Assembly: GCA_964016885.1 (NCBI GenBank)
Contig: OZ024741.1
Coordinates: 322,834,001-322,898,000 of the forward strand
Direction of reading: 5' to 3'
DNA: 64,000 nt
Origin: Eledone cirrhosa
Lineage: Eukaryota
This document shows, in pieces, positions 1-11,878 of the stretch. The notes beneath the pieces are model-generated. The model saw only the letters and a list, made by a program, of their open reading frames with translations. It ran no database searches and was not told the DNA's origin. Position numbers and translations under genes: made by a program. Position 1 is the first letter of the stretch. Each line of letters opens with the position of its first letter.

Positions 1-290
1 TTACCCGTTTCGCAGTTCTTCTGCTTTTCAAAAGGTGTGTTGAGATGGAGGGTCTGTGGTTTTTCTCACATCTGGTTGAAAAGCCTTCGTGAGCCACCTT
101 TTTTTAAAGTAAAGAAATTCAAACACACACACACACACGCACACACACACACAAGCACACAAATAAACACAGATATCTTTACTTTCTTTATTCAATAGAA
201 AATCTGAATTCTGACACCCCAGCGAACTAACCATATTCACTGAACCAGAACAATTCTCCCATCCCTTTCTCTTGACCATTATCTTTCACT

Positions 291-461
291 TATCGGTAGA
301 GGGTTGGACGCCATGCTTTCCAGCATAGTTACGTCCCTTTACGATCTGAGTTCAAATCCCGCCGAGGTTGACTTTGCCTTTCATCCTTAGGGGGTCGATA
401 AAATAAAGTACCAGTAATGTACTGGATAATTGCTGGCCTTGTGCCTAAAGTAGAAACAATT
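291..461 (+). mobile_element. tRNA-derived SINE (Meta-domain type), 5'-truncated, with TSD
   Basis: B-box-like GAGTTCAAATCC, central GCCTTTCATCCTT..GGGGTCGATAAAATAAAGTACCAG, tail GTAGAAACAATT. Flanking direct repeat ATTATCTTTCACTTATC. About 18 copies in the window. Confidence 0.85.
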
Positions 462-851
462 ATCTTTCACTTATCAAAAAATTCTCTAAAAAGGCTACAG
501 AATGGTTTCCAAATAAGGGCACAAAAAATTAATGAAAATTTGTTCACGTGACAGCCATAATTTCATTTATAACCAACCAAAAAAAAGCCTTCGTGAGCCT
601 CCTTTTTTCAAGTAAAAAGAAATTCAAACACTCATATATGAAAAAACAACCTGCGACAAGCCCCCCCCCCCCTCTTTTTTGAAGCACTATTGTAACGCGA
701 ACTGGCGCGAAATTTATTATAATTATTGACAAACCAATCAAATTACTTCTCGAAAAACCTGGCATTTCGAGCCACTTTTTCCATATAAAACAAGTAACAT
801 TCAGAGACCAACCAGATGTGAGAAAAACCACAGACCCTCCATCTCAACTCA

Positions 852-889
852 CCTTTTGAAAAGCAGAAGAACTGCGAAACCGGTAAAGG
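852..889 (+). ncRNA. Type I hammerhead ribozyme, U3-A8 core variant (family A)
   Basis: CCTT-TTGAAAA-GCAG aagaa CTGC-GAAA-CCGG-TA-AAGG: stem I 4 bp, stem II 4 bp, palindromic stem III. Inverted copy at 1-35. Confidence 0.7.
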
Positions 890-961
890 AACCAAATAAA
901 TATATATATTTAAAAAAAAAAAAATAAGACTCCAGTTGCATTTTCGATTTAATCTCTTTTT

Positions 962-1022
<61 letters not shown>

Positions 1023-1132
1023 TTAAAAAAATGAAAACGAAATTTCATTTCTCACTCTTAGTATGGCACTTACTTAAATGTAAGTATGTATGTATACGTA
1101 CATACATATATGTATACAGACGTACAGTAGCA

Positions 1133-1168
<36 letters not shown>

Positions 1169-1325
1169 TACAGGTACACATACATATATGCACGCATCAG
1201 TTTAGCCGACGTTTATTATAACGTCTGCTTTGTTCGTTTGTTTGTCAACAAATCGAACAGCCTGAATTTATGCCATACGGTGTTAAGGCAACCACGTCAC
1301 CTTTTTGTTCAACACTGACACAGGA

Positions 1326-1368
1326 ACGATGTACAAGTTTCAAGCTTATTAGCTATCATCAGCACCGT
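1326..1368 (-). ncRNA. Type I hammerhead ribozyme (family B)
   Basis: ACGGTG-CTGATGA-TAGCT aata AGCTT-GAAA-CTTG-TA-CATCGT. Confidence 0.85.
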
Positions 1369-1699
1369 TTACCCATCTGCCAGATAGTTGAACGTTCGAA
1401 AGTATATACTTTCCTTATGAAAATTAACGGCTGAGCAGCCTAATTTGCATATTGAGTGAGTTAAATCGGTCAGGCATACCGAAAACGATAAGTTGAAAAA
1501 AATACATACATACTTACATTTAAGTAAGTGCCATACTAAGAGTGAGAAATGAAATTTCGTTTTCATTTTTTTCAACTTATCGTTTTCGGTATGCCTGACC
1601 GATTTAACTCACTCAATATGCAAATTAGGCTGCTCAGCCGTTAATTTTCATAAGGAAAGTACATACTTTCGAACGTTCAACTATCTGGCAGATGGGTAA

Positions 1700-1742
1700 A
1701 CAGTGCTGATGATAGCTAACAAGCTTGAAACTAGTACATCGT
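1700..1742 (+). ncRNA. Type I hammerhead ribozyme (family B)
   Basis: ACAGTG-CTGATGA-TAGCT aaca AGCTT-GAAA-CTAG-TA-CATCGT; palindromic ACTAGT stem III. Confidence 0.85.
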
Positions 1743-1903
1743 TCCTGTGTCAGTGTTGAACAAAAAGGTGACGTGGTTGCCTTAACACCGTATAGCATAA
1801 ATTCAGGCTGTTCGATTTGTTGACAAACAAACGAACAAAGCAGACGTTATAATAAACGTCGGCTAAACTGATGCGTGCATATATGTATGTGTACCTGTAT
1901 GCA

Positions 1904-1979
<76 letters not shown>

Positions 1980-2027
1980 TGCTACTGTACGTCTGTATAC
2001 ATATATGTATGTACGTATACATACATA

Positions 2028-2074
<47 letters not shown>

Positions 2075-2124
2075 ATAACAGATTAAAGTTTAAGCAAAGA
2101 ATCGCTGCTTTCACCCCTAACGGG

Positions 2125-2175
2125 AGTTTCAGAAGATCCCGTTAAGGGTGAAAGCAGCGATTCTTTGCTTAAACT
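2125..2175 (+). ncRNA. Type I hammerhead, U4A variant (family C)
   Basis: AGTTT-CAGAAGA-TCCC gttaa GGGT-GAAA-GCA gcgattctt TGC-TT-AAACT. Lies in a fold-back element ~2071-2290 between (TA)n tracts. Confidence 0.7.
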
Positions 2176-3190
2176 TTAATCTGTTATTTTAATAAATATT
2201 TGCTCTACGGTTCTTATATATTTGATATATATTTATCCTTATCGAGCCCTCTTTGGATTTTAGTCTTCAAATTTATTATTATTACTATATATATATATAT
2301 ATATGTGTATTTTGCACGTAGGAAAACATACTTTATTAATCACCCCTAAGGTCGAGATAACATTTTGGTCGTTTTAACTGCTGCTATTTCTAGTGGCAGG
2401 ACATTGACCTTTCCGCCCTTGCCTTCTATCTTTACACACGGCACTAGACAAGATTGTTTCTTTATCATACACTCTCACCCGGGAACAGTTCTGTGTGGCG
2501 CCAGTTCGTGATTTGAACTCGGGAATTTTATATTCTCCGAGTGAGAAGAACCCTCTGACGAAAGTCTCCTTCTCAATGGGGGTTCGCATGGATTATCCAT
2601 TTATTTTGAGATCTGGAGAGAGTGAGTGAGAAAGAGGGGGGGAGACTAGTGCAAGGTGTGTATATGTGGTCTTTTAAGGAGAGATTTAACTAACACTAAC
2701 TAGAGAAATAATTTCAGGAAATTCTTGTGTAGTGGTCGTGGTAAGGGGGAGATGAACTGAAAATGTGTTCATTGCCTATTGCTGGGTCCATGGGAAGTGT
2801 GTTTTGGGAGCTAAACAACTGCTCTTGTCAGATATACTACGTGTTGAGGCAGTTTTTCTGCGCATGGCTTACTTCGTTCTTTTGTGCCTCAACACGGTTC
2901 TTAATAATAACTAGACTCGGCTCAGTTTTTGCTATAATTAAGAGACACTCCAGTAATGTGGTTCAATTTACATTACGCTATGTTTACTATTGTATTTTCA
3001 CAGTAAAGGCTTTATCTCGGCCACTTATCTCATAATATCGAATCTAAGAGATATTGATATTGTTTATTTTGAGAACAATACCTTAACATCAGTATGAGTG
3101 GCCGGTTACAGCCGGTTTGAACAGAAAGTGGTGAAGGAATTCTGGTTTAAATGCTAAAGGGTTAAACAATCAACACATTACTCTGTAGCT

Positions 3191-3233
3191 GTTTAACTTA
3201 TTGACAAGGATAGGCGAAACACGTGTCTTAAAT
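3191..3233 (+). ncRNA. Degenerate hammerhead remnant
   Basis: GTTTAA...GAAA-CACGTG-TC-TTAAAT: stem I and palindromic stem III are intact, but the CUGANGA box is disrupted. Confidence 0.4.
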
Positions 3234-3633
3234 ACAAAAAATTATTTGTTTGTATTTTCTATCAACGTTGTATCTGCTCATGTCACTTGTTTGGCTGTTA
3301 GAGCGATATTTTGACAGTCATAACGAAGTTTTTGACAGTTATAGTGAAGATCATGATGGGTATTTGGCCGGCCGAAGTACGTGGAATATTTATTACCAAG
3401 CAGCCCGTAACTACTAACAACGGTGAGTTTGTACCAATACATGACATTTATTTACAAATATGTTGATTGAAACATTGAAGGCGTATCTAGTTTCACTGAT
3501 TCGAAATGGAACCTGTAAACATTTATTCAGTAGATCGATACCACCCTATCGAGTCCAGCATTAGTGTTAAATGTAAACTAATACAAAAATGTTTGTAAAC
3601 TTACGTTACGATACTTAATAAATTGAGTTTCCT

Positions 3634-3665
<32 letters not shown>

Positions 3666-4259
3666 CTTTATCTATCTATCTATATCTGTACATTTTACCC
3701 CCTCTCTCTTTCTATCTCTCTTTCTTCCCTCTTTCACCCTCTCCTCTCTCACTCACACTCTATATACATCGCTATCTCTATTCCCTCAATCAGCACACAT
3801 TCTCTACTGTTTGTTCATCCTCATTCTTCTAGTCTCTCTCTCTCTCTCTCTCTGTAACATTCTGCTGCTCTGCCTGTCTTTCTCTGTCTCCCTCTCTTAC
3901 GCTTACTACCTATCTCTCCCACTCTCTTTACTCACCATTTTCTACCATCCACTCTTTGACATTCTATAACTTTTACAGTTTAGTCTTTCTCTAACCCCTC
4001 CATCTATCTCATTTTTTCTCTTTTTTTCTTTTTCCCCTTCTCATACTATTTTAATCGTTCTCTCTTTTACACATCTGGTACACCGCCTCCTTCTCACCCT
4101 TCTCACCCTCTCCCTCTTTCTCGTTCTTTTGTATCATTGTTTCTGTACCACTATTTGTCTCTCACATACTCACCGCTCTCTTTCTCTCTCTCTCTCTCGA
4201 CACACCCACATCATCACACACACACATCATATATATATACATATACATGTGTGTGCTTG

Positions 4260-4337
<78 letters not shown>

Positions 4338-4469
4338 TGTAGAAGTTCTATTTAAATTGTTGGGATGCAAGCAAATATTTTTCTGTTGGAAACTCCCGGA
4401 GCTTCCAACAGAAATGGTCGCATTCTTTAAGGGTATGTCAATATTTATTTATAAAACTGCTCTATATTA

Positions 4470-4534
4470 TATTTTATCTGATGAAAGCACACCATAATTT
4501 AACTTGGTGTCCTTGAAATATGTATAATGAAATA
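4470..4534 (+). ncRNA. Type I hammerhead ribozyme (family D)
   Basis: TATTTTAT-CTGATGA-AAGCACACCA taatttaact TGGTGTCCTT-GAAA-TATGTA-TA-ATGAAATA. Element ~4341-4578 lies between (TA)n tracts. Confidence 0.85.
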
Positions 4535-4575
4535 AATATGGTTTTATAAATATAGTTTCCGTTTGTTAATATATC

Positions 4576-4667
<92 letters not shown>

Positions 4668-4686
4668 CGATTTCATCTTTTTTCCT

Positions 4687-4722
<36 letters not shown>

Positions 4723-4809
4723 AGGAAAAAAGATGAAATCGAAATATATATATATATATCATACATATATACGCTCTGTCTTTTACCATTCCCTGTGCTA
4801 CAGATTGCA

Positions 4810-5130
4810 AGTTTACAACTGTAGTAGTCTGTACAGTTTGAGTAGACCGCCGTATATATAGACTTTAATGTGTGCCGTGTGTATATGATGTATAGTCTAC
4901 CGTGTGAGTAGTCTGTGTAGCCTCCCGCGTGTATAGTCTATATAATCTGTCGTATATGCAGTCCATGTTGTCTACCGTGTATTTAGTCACTATAATGTGC
5001 CGGGTATGTAGTCTATAAATTCAATATAGTCAACCACATGTATTGTCTGTATAGTTTATCGTGTGTATAGTCCGTATTGTCTGCCGTGTATATAGTCGGT
5101 ATTGTCTGTAATCCTTTCACTGTTGTCTGT
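4810..5130. repeat. Degenerate ~22-bp minisatellite
   Basis: Recurring GTGTATAGTC..ATTGTCTGCC-like units. Confidence 0.5.
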
Positions 5131-5261
5131 TCTTTATCTCCTATCACATATGTTCGTAGTCTGCCAATGTCTACATACATACATACATACATACATACAT
5201 ACATACATACATACATACACACTCACATACATGTATGTGTGTGTATATCTATATATATACA

Positions 5262-5610
5262 TGGTGTTGCCCCCTCGTTATCGAGTATGGCTATCGCACG
5301 ATATACCATTATTAATAATTATTAATTAATTCTATCATGCAATGCTTGTGCGTGAATAAATTGTTTAAAGTGAGGAAAGACTGTGCACTGAGCCAATCCC
5401 ACTCTCTGAGCGACAGTAGCTATAACCCGAAAAGAAGAAAAGGTCAACATCATCGGTAACTACTGAGCCGCAGGTTTTATATCGGAGTTATCCCAGTTTC
5501 CTGAGTTGCCTTCTCCAAGAAGAATGCCTTGACAAAGGCTAGGGGTCCTTCACTCCCAGTGGTTTAACCGCGCGATCGGGTGTCCAGCCCGACTATTTCT
5601 ATGTCCCCGC
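5262..5610 (-). mobile_element. RTE-derived non-autonomous element in (TACA)n
   Basis: Reverse complement of 57730-58028. Contains the GGAGAAGGCAACTC motif typical of RTE 5' leaders. Confidence 0.65.
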
Positions 5611-5694
5611 GCATATACATACACATGCACCCATGTATATACACATATACATATACATAAATATGTACATGTGTATATACATATTTACACACTT

Positions 5695-5876
5695 TTGGAT
5701 GGCCGTTGACCATTATGAGTTCTTCCGCCCTTTGTCAGGTTTTGTTTTTTGTCCTGCGGGTATCCAAAATCACCCTCCTCACCAAGTAAACTTGGTGGGG
5801 TTGCCGGTTTAGTCGCCGACGACCCGACCATCCGACAGGTTGTACTGGGTTACATATTACCAGTAGCACTCAAGAG
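5695..5876 (-). mobile_element. 5' leader of RTE-derived element
   Basis: Homologous to 48724-48905, 57180-57350 and 63645-63835. Confidence 0.65.
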
Positions 5877-6009
5877 TACATACATACATACATACATACA
5901 TACATACATACATACATACATACATACATACATACATACATACATACATACATACATACATACATACATACATGCCAGAGATCCTAAATCAGTTTATTGC
6001 CAGAGATCC

Positions 6010-8467
6010 TAAATCAGTTTATCGCAGCTTCGGTGGCAAAAGCTCAATCCCTGTAAATGACACCCCTTCAAAAGAACAGGTTGGGAGCTACTGGAGATCT
6101 GTATGGGAAACGGATGACGGATTCAACAGACAAACTAATTGACTAAAAGAACTGGAACAGGACTACTGCCAACATGTCCAGACAAAACAATATGACATAG
6201 ATGGGTCAATACTGGAAACAGCTCTACAGAAAATGTCGAATAGGAAATCACCAGGCCCAGACCTCATTACAGGATACTGGTTGAAGAATTTCACTTTCTA
6301 TCGACAAGATCTCATACGGCTATTTACAGAAACCATTAAAGGCACACAAGAACTGCCCAGATGGTAATCAACTGCCACTACTGTCCTCATTCTCCAAAAT
6401 AGCCAAACCACCCTTGCTAAAAATTACCGCCCAATAGCCTGCCAAAACATCATGTATAAATTATATACTGGGTGCCTTAACCTGTTCTTACAGGATCACT
6501 GTGCTACCAACAACATCATAACACCTGAGCAAGATGGTGGAAAGAGGGAGGTGTGGGGTTGCATAGATCACCTACTAACTAATAAAATGATTCAAGAAAA
6601 AACAACAAAGAATCGCAGAAACGTGACTGTGGTGTGGCTGGACTATCAAAAAGCATTTGATAGTGTACCTCATGGGTGGATTGTTAAGGCTTTACAGTTA
6701 GCCAAAGTCCCACAACCACTGGTAGCTGCTGTTGAACGTCTGACCAAGAACTGGTACACCAATTTGATCCTTAGAGGTGAGAAGCAGCAAATTAAGACTG
6801 ATAGGATACATTACCAGGAGGGCATCTTTCACGGTGATAGCTTGTCAGTGCTACTCTTCGTTCTCTCACTAAATCCATTATCTTACCTACTCAGGAAACA
6901 AGGTGGACAAAGAAGTGGGTCCAGAAGTATCTCCCATCTTTTCTTTGTTGATGACCTGAAGTTGTATGGGCCAAATATCAATGACATCAAGAAACAATTG
7001 GACCTCATTACACAATTTTCAACAGACATCAAAATGAAATTTGGTGAGTCCAAATGTGCATATTTGGCAGTAAAACGTGGAAGAGCTGTGCCCTCCTCTA
7101 GAAATCTAGAGATGAACGGCCTGACAATACAACCTCTACAGTCAGGTGACAACTACAGATATCTTGGACAGGATGAGAATGTCAGATATGATGGACCCAT
7201 AAATAAGGAGAGAACCAGAACTGAATACCTCAGAAGAGTAAAGAAAATATGGTCATCAGAACTGTCAGCGTACAACAAATACATTGCCCACAATACTTAT
7301 GCTGTGCCAATTCTAACGCCAACATTTGGCCTTCTGAACTGGTCATTGCAAGAACTAAGTGAGATGGATGTTAGAACTCGCAAACTTCTCAGTGTTACTT
7401 TAACATCAATGGTGATGTGAATAGGCTATACTTCTCACGCAAGGAAGGTGGATTGGGTCTAAAGTCCATATTCACATCATATGAGACCCGGATAGTAACA
7501 CTGAAGCAACACCTTCAACAGAGGAAAAAGGTTAGAAACCATCTTGCCAGGTTTTTGAGCATGAAAAAGAATATATCATTAGAAAAGCCACTGATCTGGA
7601 GGAGAGATATGGAATAAAGCTTGATATAAATCTCTCACCCAGAGAAATCGGAAGATCCTATTCAATGTTCAAACAAGGTGAAAAAATTGACCAATTTACA
7701 GAAAAAGTTGTGCATGGATATTTGAGACGTAAAACACAGACCATAGAGAGGATAAACCACTCAAAAGGCCTGGCATGGAGTTCCGACAGGTTTATGACAT
7801 CACACCTTGAGGGATATCTCTATGCAATACAGGAACAAGAACTCCCTACCAAATATCTGCTGCACAAAAGGGGAGGGCCATCAGCTGACAATAAATGTAG
7901 GCTATGTAAAACAAAGATCGAGGATGTAAGCCACATTGTTGCCAGCTGCGAAAGAATGTCATCTCGCTACTACCTCCCATGAGACATGATGGGATAGCTA
8001 GAACCATCTGGAACACACTTCGGAAAACAAAATTAACAGCAAACGAGGAAGAATATATTGAGACAGATGGCACTAAGGAATACTGGTGGAACCTGAAAAT
8101 AAAAACTGCCACCAAATTAAAGCACAACCGGCCTGATATTGTTGTTTGGGACCACACATTGAAAGCGTGTTCTGTTGTGGAGATCAGCTGCCCACTTGAT
8201 GTAAACGTTGTCAGAAAAATACAGAAGAAGGAGGACATCTACGGACCATTGATGAGGAGTTTGCAAATCCAGTATCCAAGATACACCTTTAGCTTCATAC
8301 CCATCATTATTGGAGCTACGGGTTATATACCAACCCGTTTGGACCAAAGTATGACTGAACTTGGATTTGCGGACAAAGAGCGCAGCTCCCCAATTCATAG
8401 TCAACAAATGGCTGCGATAGCCGGTACCTTCAAAATTTGCAAAACATTCTTGCGATTCAAGGGATGA
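6010..8467 (+). pseudogene. Disrupted RT/REL ORF of the R4-like LINE
   Basis: ORF pieces 6452-7420, 7417-7617, 7665-7982 and 7979-8467 are joined by frameshifts. Upstream KSPGPD and NYRPIAC motifs are interrupted by stops. Confidence 0.88.
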
Positions 8468-8509
8468 CAATTTCTTTTCTTTTACAACCTTGCCACCAGG
8501 AAGGTGGCC

Positions 8510-8783
8510 GGTCAAAAAAATATACTCGAAATTAAGAGAAAGAGATAACATACATACATTTATGCAAAACTGATGAGAAATCTGCAGATATTCCACCCTG
8601 ATTACACCTTCAGATTTATGCCTGTGATTATTTGGGCACTGGGATATGTTAGTAACTGCCTCAATACAAATCTTGAGAAGCTGGGCTTCACAGGGACAAA
8701 AAGAACACAACTAGTTAGGAAATTACAAGTACAATCCATTAATGGGACAATATGTAAAACATTCAAAATAGTTTGCATCTAAT
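8510..8783 (+). pseudogene. Second, divergent copy of the REL C-terminus
   Basis: LMRNLQIFHPDYTFRFMPVIIWALGYV..ICKTF aligns to LMRSLQIQYPRYTFSFIPIIIGATGYI..ICKTF. Confidence 0.75.
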
Positions 8784-9345
8784 AACTGCATATACACATA
8801 TACAGATACTAAGCATATACACATGCACACATACAATAACATCCATGCATGCAGAAATGCATACATATCTGCCTAGTTGATGTTGTGTAAATTCCAATGA
8901 GAGAGTCTTGTGTCTATGTTAGAAACCGACTCTCTCTCTATTGGCACAAATTTGTGAAATTATAAAACTAGAACAAACATATACTACATACATACACTAC
9001 ATACACACATACAAAAGACTCACACACCCACACATACAACGACTCCCACACACACAAGATATATATATACACAGTTCAAGAGTAACCAATCTTAAAGAGA
9101 GAGGTTGAGATAGTAGAGGAGATATGAGAGGAAAGATTGGTGAGTTAGTTAGAAGCCAAAGCGTAAAGGCATGTGCTCAATGTGCAATATACAGTAGAAA
9201 GCAGCTAGGTGGCTGGGTTCATGCAGAGGTTAGGTGCGCAGAGCTGTAAATATTCATTAGTTAAGCAAAACAAGACCACAAATTTCACAAGGAAGACATT
9301 ATTAAAATATTGTCAACATATTTAGTTTGATGTAAGGAATGTAGA

Positions 9346-9377
<32 letters not shown>

Positions 9378-9395
9378 TTAATAATAATAATGCCC

Positions 9396-9516
9396 GTTTA
9401 CAATTGTTTCGCTACTCCGTATAATATTTCTGGATCAGATGACTATGTATCATAATTGATCTGGTTCAGTTGAAAATAATTAACATATTTAAAAAAACAG
9501 AGTGGCTCATCGGAAC
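9396..9516 (-). ncRNA. Hammerhead, U4C variant with long stem II (family E)
   Basis: GTT-CCGATGA-GCCACTCTGT..~80 nt..ACGGAGTAGC-GAAA-CAATTG-TA-AAC. Confidence 0.65.
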
Positions 9517-9675
9517 TCAAAGGAATATAAATTAAAATAATGTTACATAATATAATGTTCCATATATTAGTTTTTACTATGGTGCCTTTGTTTCATCAGC
9601 TGTCAGCCATAATCAAGCAGTACTCATCTGTCGAGGCTGCATTATGTAACATTATTTTAATTTATATTCCTTTGA

Positions 9676-9797
9676 GTTCCGATGAGCCACTCTGTTTTTT
9701 TTAAATATGTTAATTATTTTCAACTGAACCAGATCAATTATAATAAATAGTCATCTGATCCAGAAATATTATACGGAGTAGCGAAATAATTGTAAAC
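9676..9797 (+). ncRNA. Hammerhead, U4C variant with long stem II (family E)
   Basis: Inverted partner of 9396-9516 within fold-back 9252-9940. Confidence 0.6.
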
Positions 9798-9812
9798 GTG
9801 CATTATTATTAA

Positions 9813-9847
<35 letters not shown>

Positions 9848-9936
9848 TCTACATTCCTTACATCAAACTAAATATGTTGACAATCTTTTAATAATGTCTT
9901 CCTTGTGAAATTTGTGGTCTTGTTTTGCTTAACTAA

Positions 9937-9998
<62 letters not shown>

Positions 9999-10029
9999 CA
10001 GATAGACAGTCAACAGACAGTCAGACGGT

Positions 10030-10325
10030 TGTGGAATGAACCTCCGTCGGTTTCGATGATGTATGTTCAATGGATTCGATCAATGTAACAGCCTGCTAAT
10101 GAAATTAACGTCTAAGTGGCTGAGTATTCCAAAGACACGTGTGTCTTTAACGCAATTCTCAGGGAGATTCAGCGTGACACAATATATAACAAGGCTGGCT
10201 CTTTTAATTACAGATACAGTTCGTCCGACGGGTTTTTAAACACTTTCCTTCTACCGAACTTTACATGCAAGTCTTGGACCGACCCGAGTCTATGGTAAAT
10301 GACACTTGTCCAAGATGTCACTGAC
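10030..10325 (-). mobile_element. Degenerate SINE-like interspersed repeat
   Basis: GAAATTAACG..AAGTGGCTGAG..GGGAGATTCAGCGTGACAC and GACACTTGTCCAAG blocks resemble cephalopod SINEs (from recall, not verified). Confidence 0.45.
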
Positions 10326-11194
10326 AAACCTCTCAACTCTCGCCATCTGCAACAGCCTTTGGGGTGGTTGAGAGATGTCTTCTCTTCTGAAAATGGGTAT
10401 AGCTTTTATTATGTAAACTTTCCCCATTTTGCCTCATTTCTCCCTTTTGGAGGGCACTTTTTTCATGGTATTCCTTGTTTGGGTCTTTAGAGGTCGGCAG
10501 GTCTACAACACGGTTCCTATTTACAACTAAACTCGGCTCAGTTTTTGCTATATTCAAGAGACACCACTGTGCACTTTTTTTCATTGTACTCCCCGTTCGG
10601 GTTTTTAGAGGTTGTAGGTCTGGTCACGGTTATACAATGTATTGCTACCCACACACACGCACAGCACACACATACACACGCGAACACACACACGCACATA
10701 TATAAGCACAGACAATCATAAAAACATATATACACACGCAGACCCACGCACGGACATACATACAGACACAATGATTCACACACGAACACGCAGACACAGG
10801 GATAGAGAGAAATACGCTCCCGCCTACAGACTCCTGCCTACACGAACTCCGAATTAGATACGCCCACCCACCTACACAGACACCACAGAGCATACCTTTG
10901 GAAGTCTGTAGGCGTACTCTGAGACTGGTACATGTTATGTCCGCCTACACATAGGCACAAACATACATAGATACACACCAACACATACACATACACACAA
11001 ATGCGTACTCATGGGAAAATGACACACAGATACAAACATGGGTATACTCAAACACAGAAGAACATACACACACACGTACATATATAAATATATATACGTA
11101 TATGTGTGTGTGTGTGCGTGTGTATATATATGTATGTATATATATATATTTCGAGAGAGAGAGAGAGAGAGGGAGAGAGAGAGAGAGAGAGAGA

Positions 11195-11260
<66 letters not shown>

Positions 11261-11436
11261 TAATGTGAAACAATGAAAGAATAAGGCAAAGTGAAGTAGT
11301 TAAATAATCCATTGATTTACGATCGTTCCAGAGCGCAAAATTATCGATGTGCAGGCTAATCGATGACAGTCATGCTATTAGTCTCGCAAACCTCATATCT
11401 ATAGTCTGGTGTCTATTCTCAAAAACTATATATATA

Positions 11437-11770
11437 TATGAATGTATGTATAGTATATTTGACAATATACCGCTATCGGTTTTAAAGTTGTGACTATGTC
11501 ACTTACTTCTTTTCGGCGAAAGAAGGGAGAGAAGCTAACAGTCTGTTTCACGCTGTTGGCACTCCCCACCGAAAATTATAGACGTTGGATTCTTATAGAA
11601 TTCCAGTAATCGCCAACAGCGTGAAAGAGACTGTTAGCTTCTCTCTCTTTTTTCGCCGAAAAGAAGTAAGTGACATAGTCACTACTTTAAAACCGATAGC
11701 GTATGGTCTTCTAAATGTTTTTAATTAAACATACGGTATATTGCCAAATATACTATACATACATTCATGT
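11437..11770. repeat. Fold-back element between (TA)n tracts
   Basis: 11437-11560 is inverted at ~11612-11770. Only a 3'-half HHR-like GAAA-GAGA ctgttagct TCTC-TC is present. Confidence 0.75.
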
Positions 11771-11803
11771 ATACATCCCTACTTCAGAGGACCAATCCTA
11801 ATA

Positions 11804-11878
<75 letters not shown>

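Larger units (their letters stand above)
1021..2030. mobile_element. Fold-back pair of HHR-bearing non-coding units (family B; PLE pLTR or retrozyme-like)
   Basis: 1021-1502 is the reverse complement of 1503-2030 with scattered substitutions. Flanked by (TA)n. One HHR per arm. Homolog at 45826-46391. Confidence 0.8.
5975..8990 (+). mobile_element. 5'-truncated non-LTR retrotransposon with RT and restriction-like endonuclease (R4/Dong-like)
   Basis: RT motifs WLDYQKAFDSVPH, GIFHGDSLS, FFVDDLKL; CCHC finger CRLCK..HIVASC; RHD; RPDIVV..EISCP..KKED. Flanked by (TACA)n. Confidence 0.9.

Noticed and set aside
2870-2960. Shared peptide-like CLL.IAKTEPSLV segment (also near 10505-10570) as a PLE endonuclease C-terminus
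   Set aside because: Too short and degenerate to assign; only evidence of a dispersed repeat.
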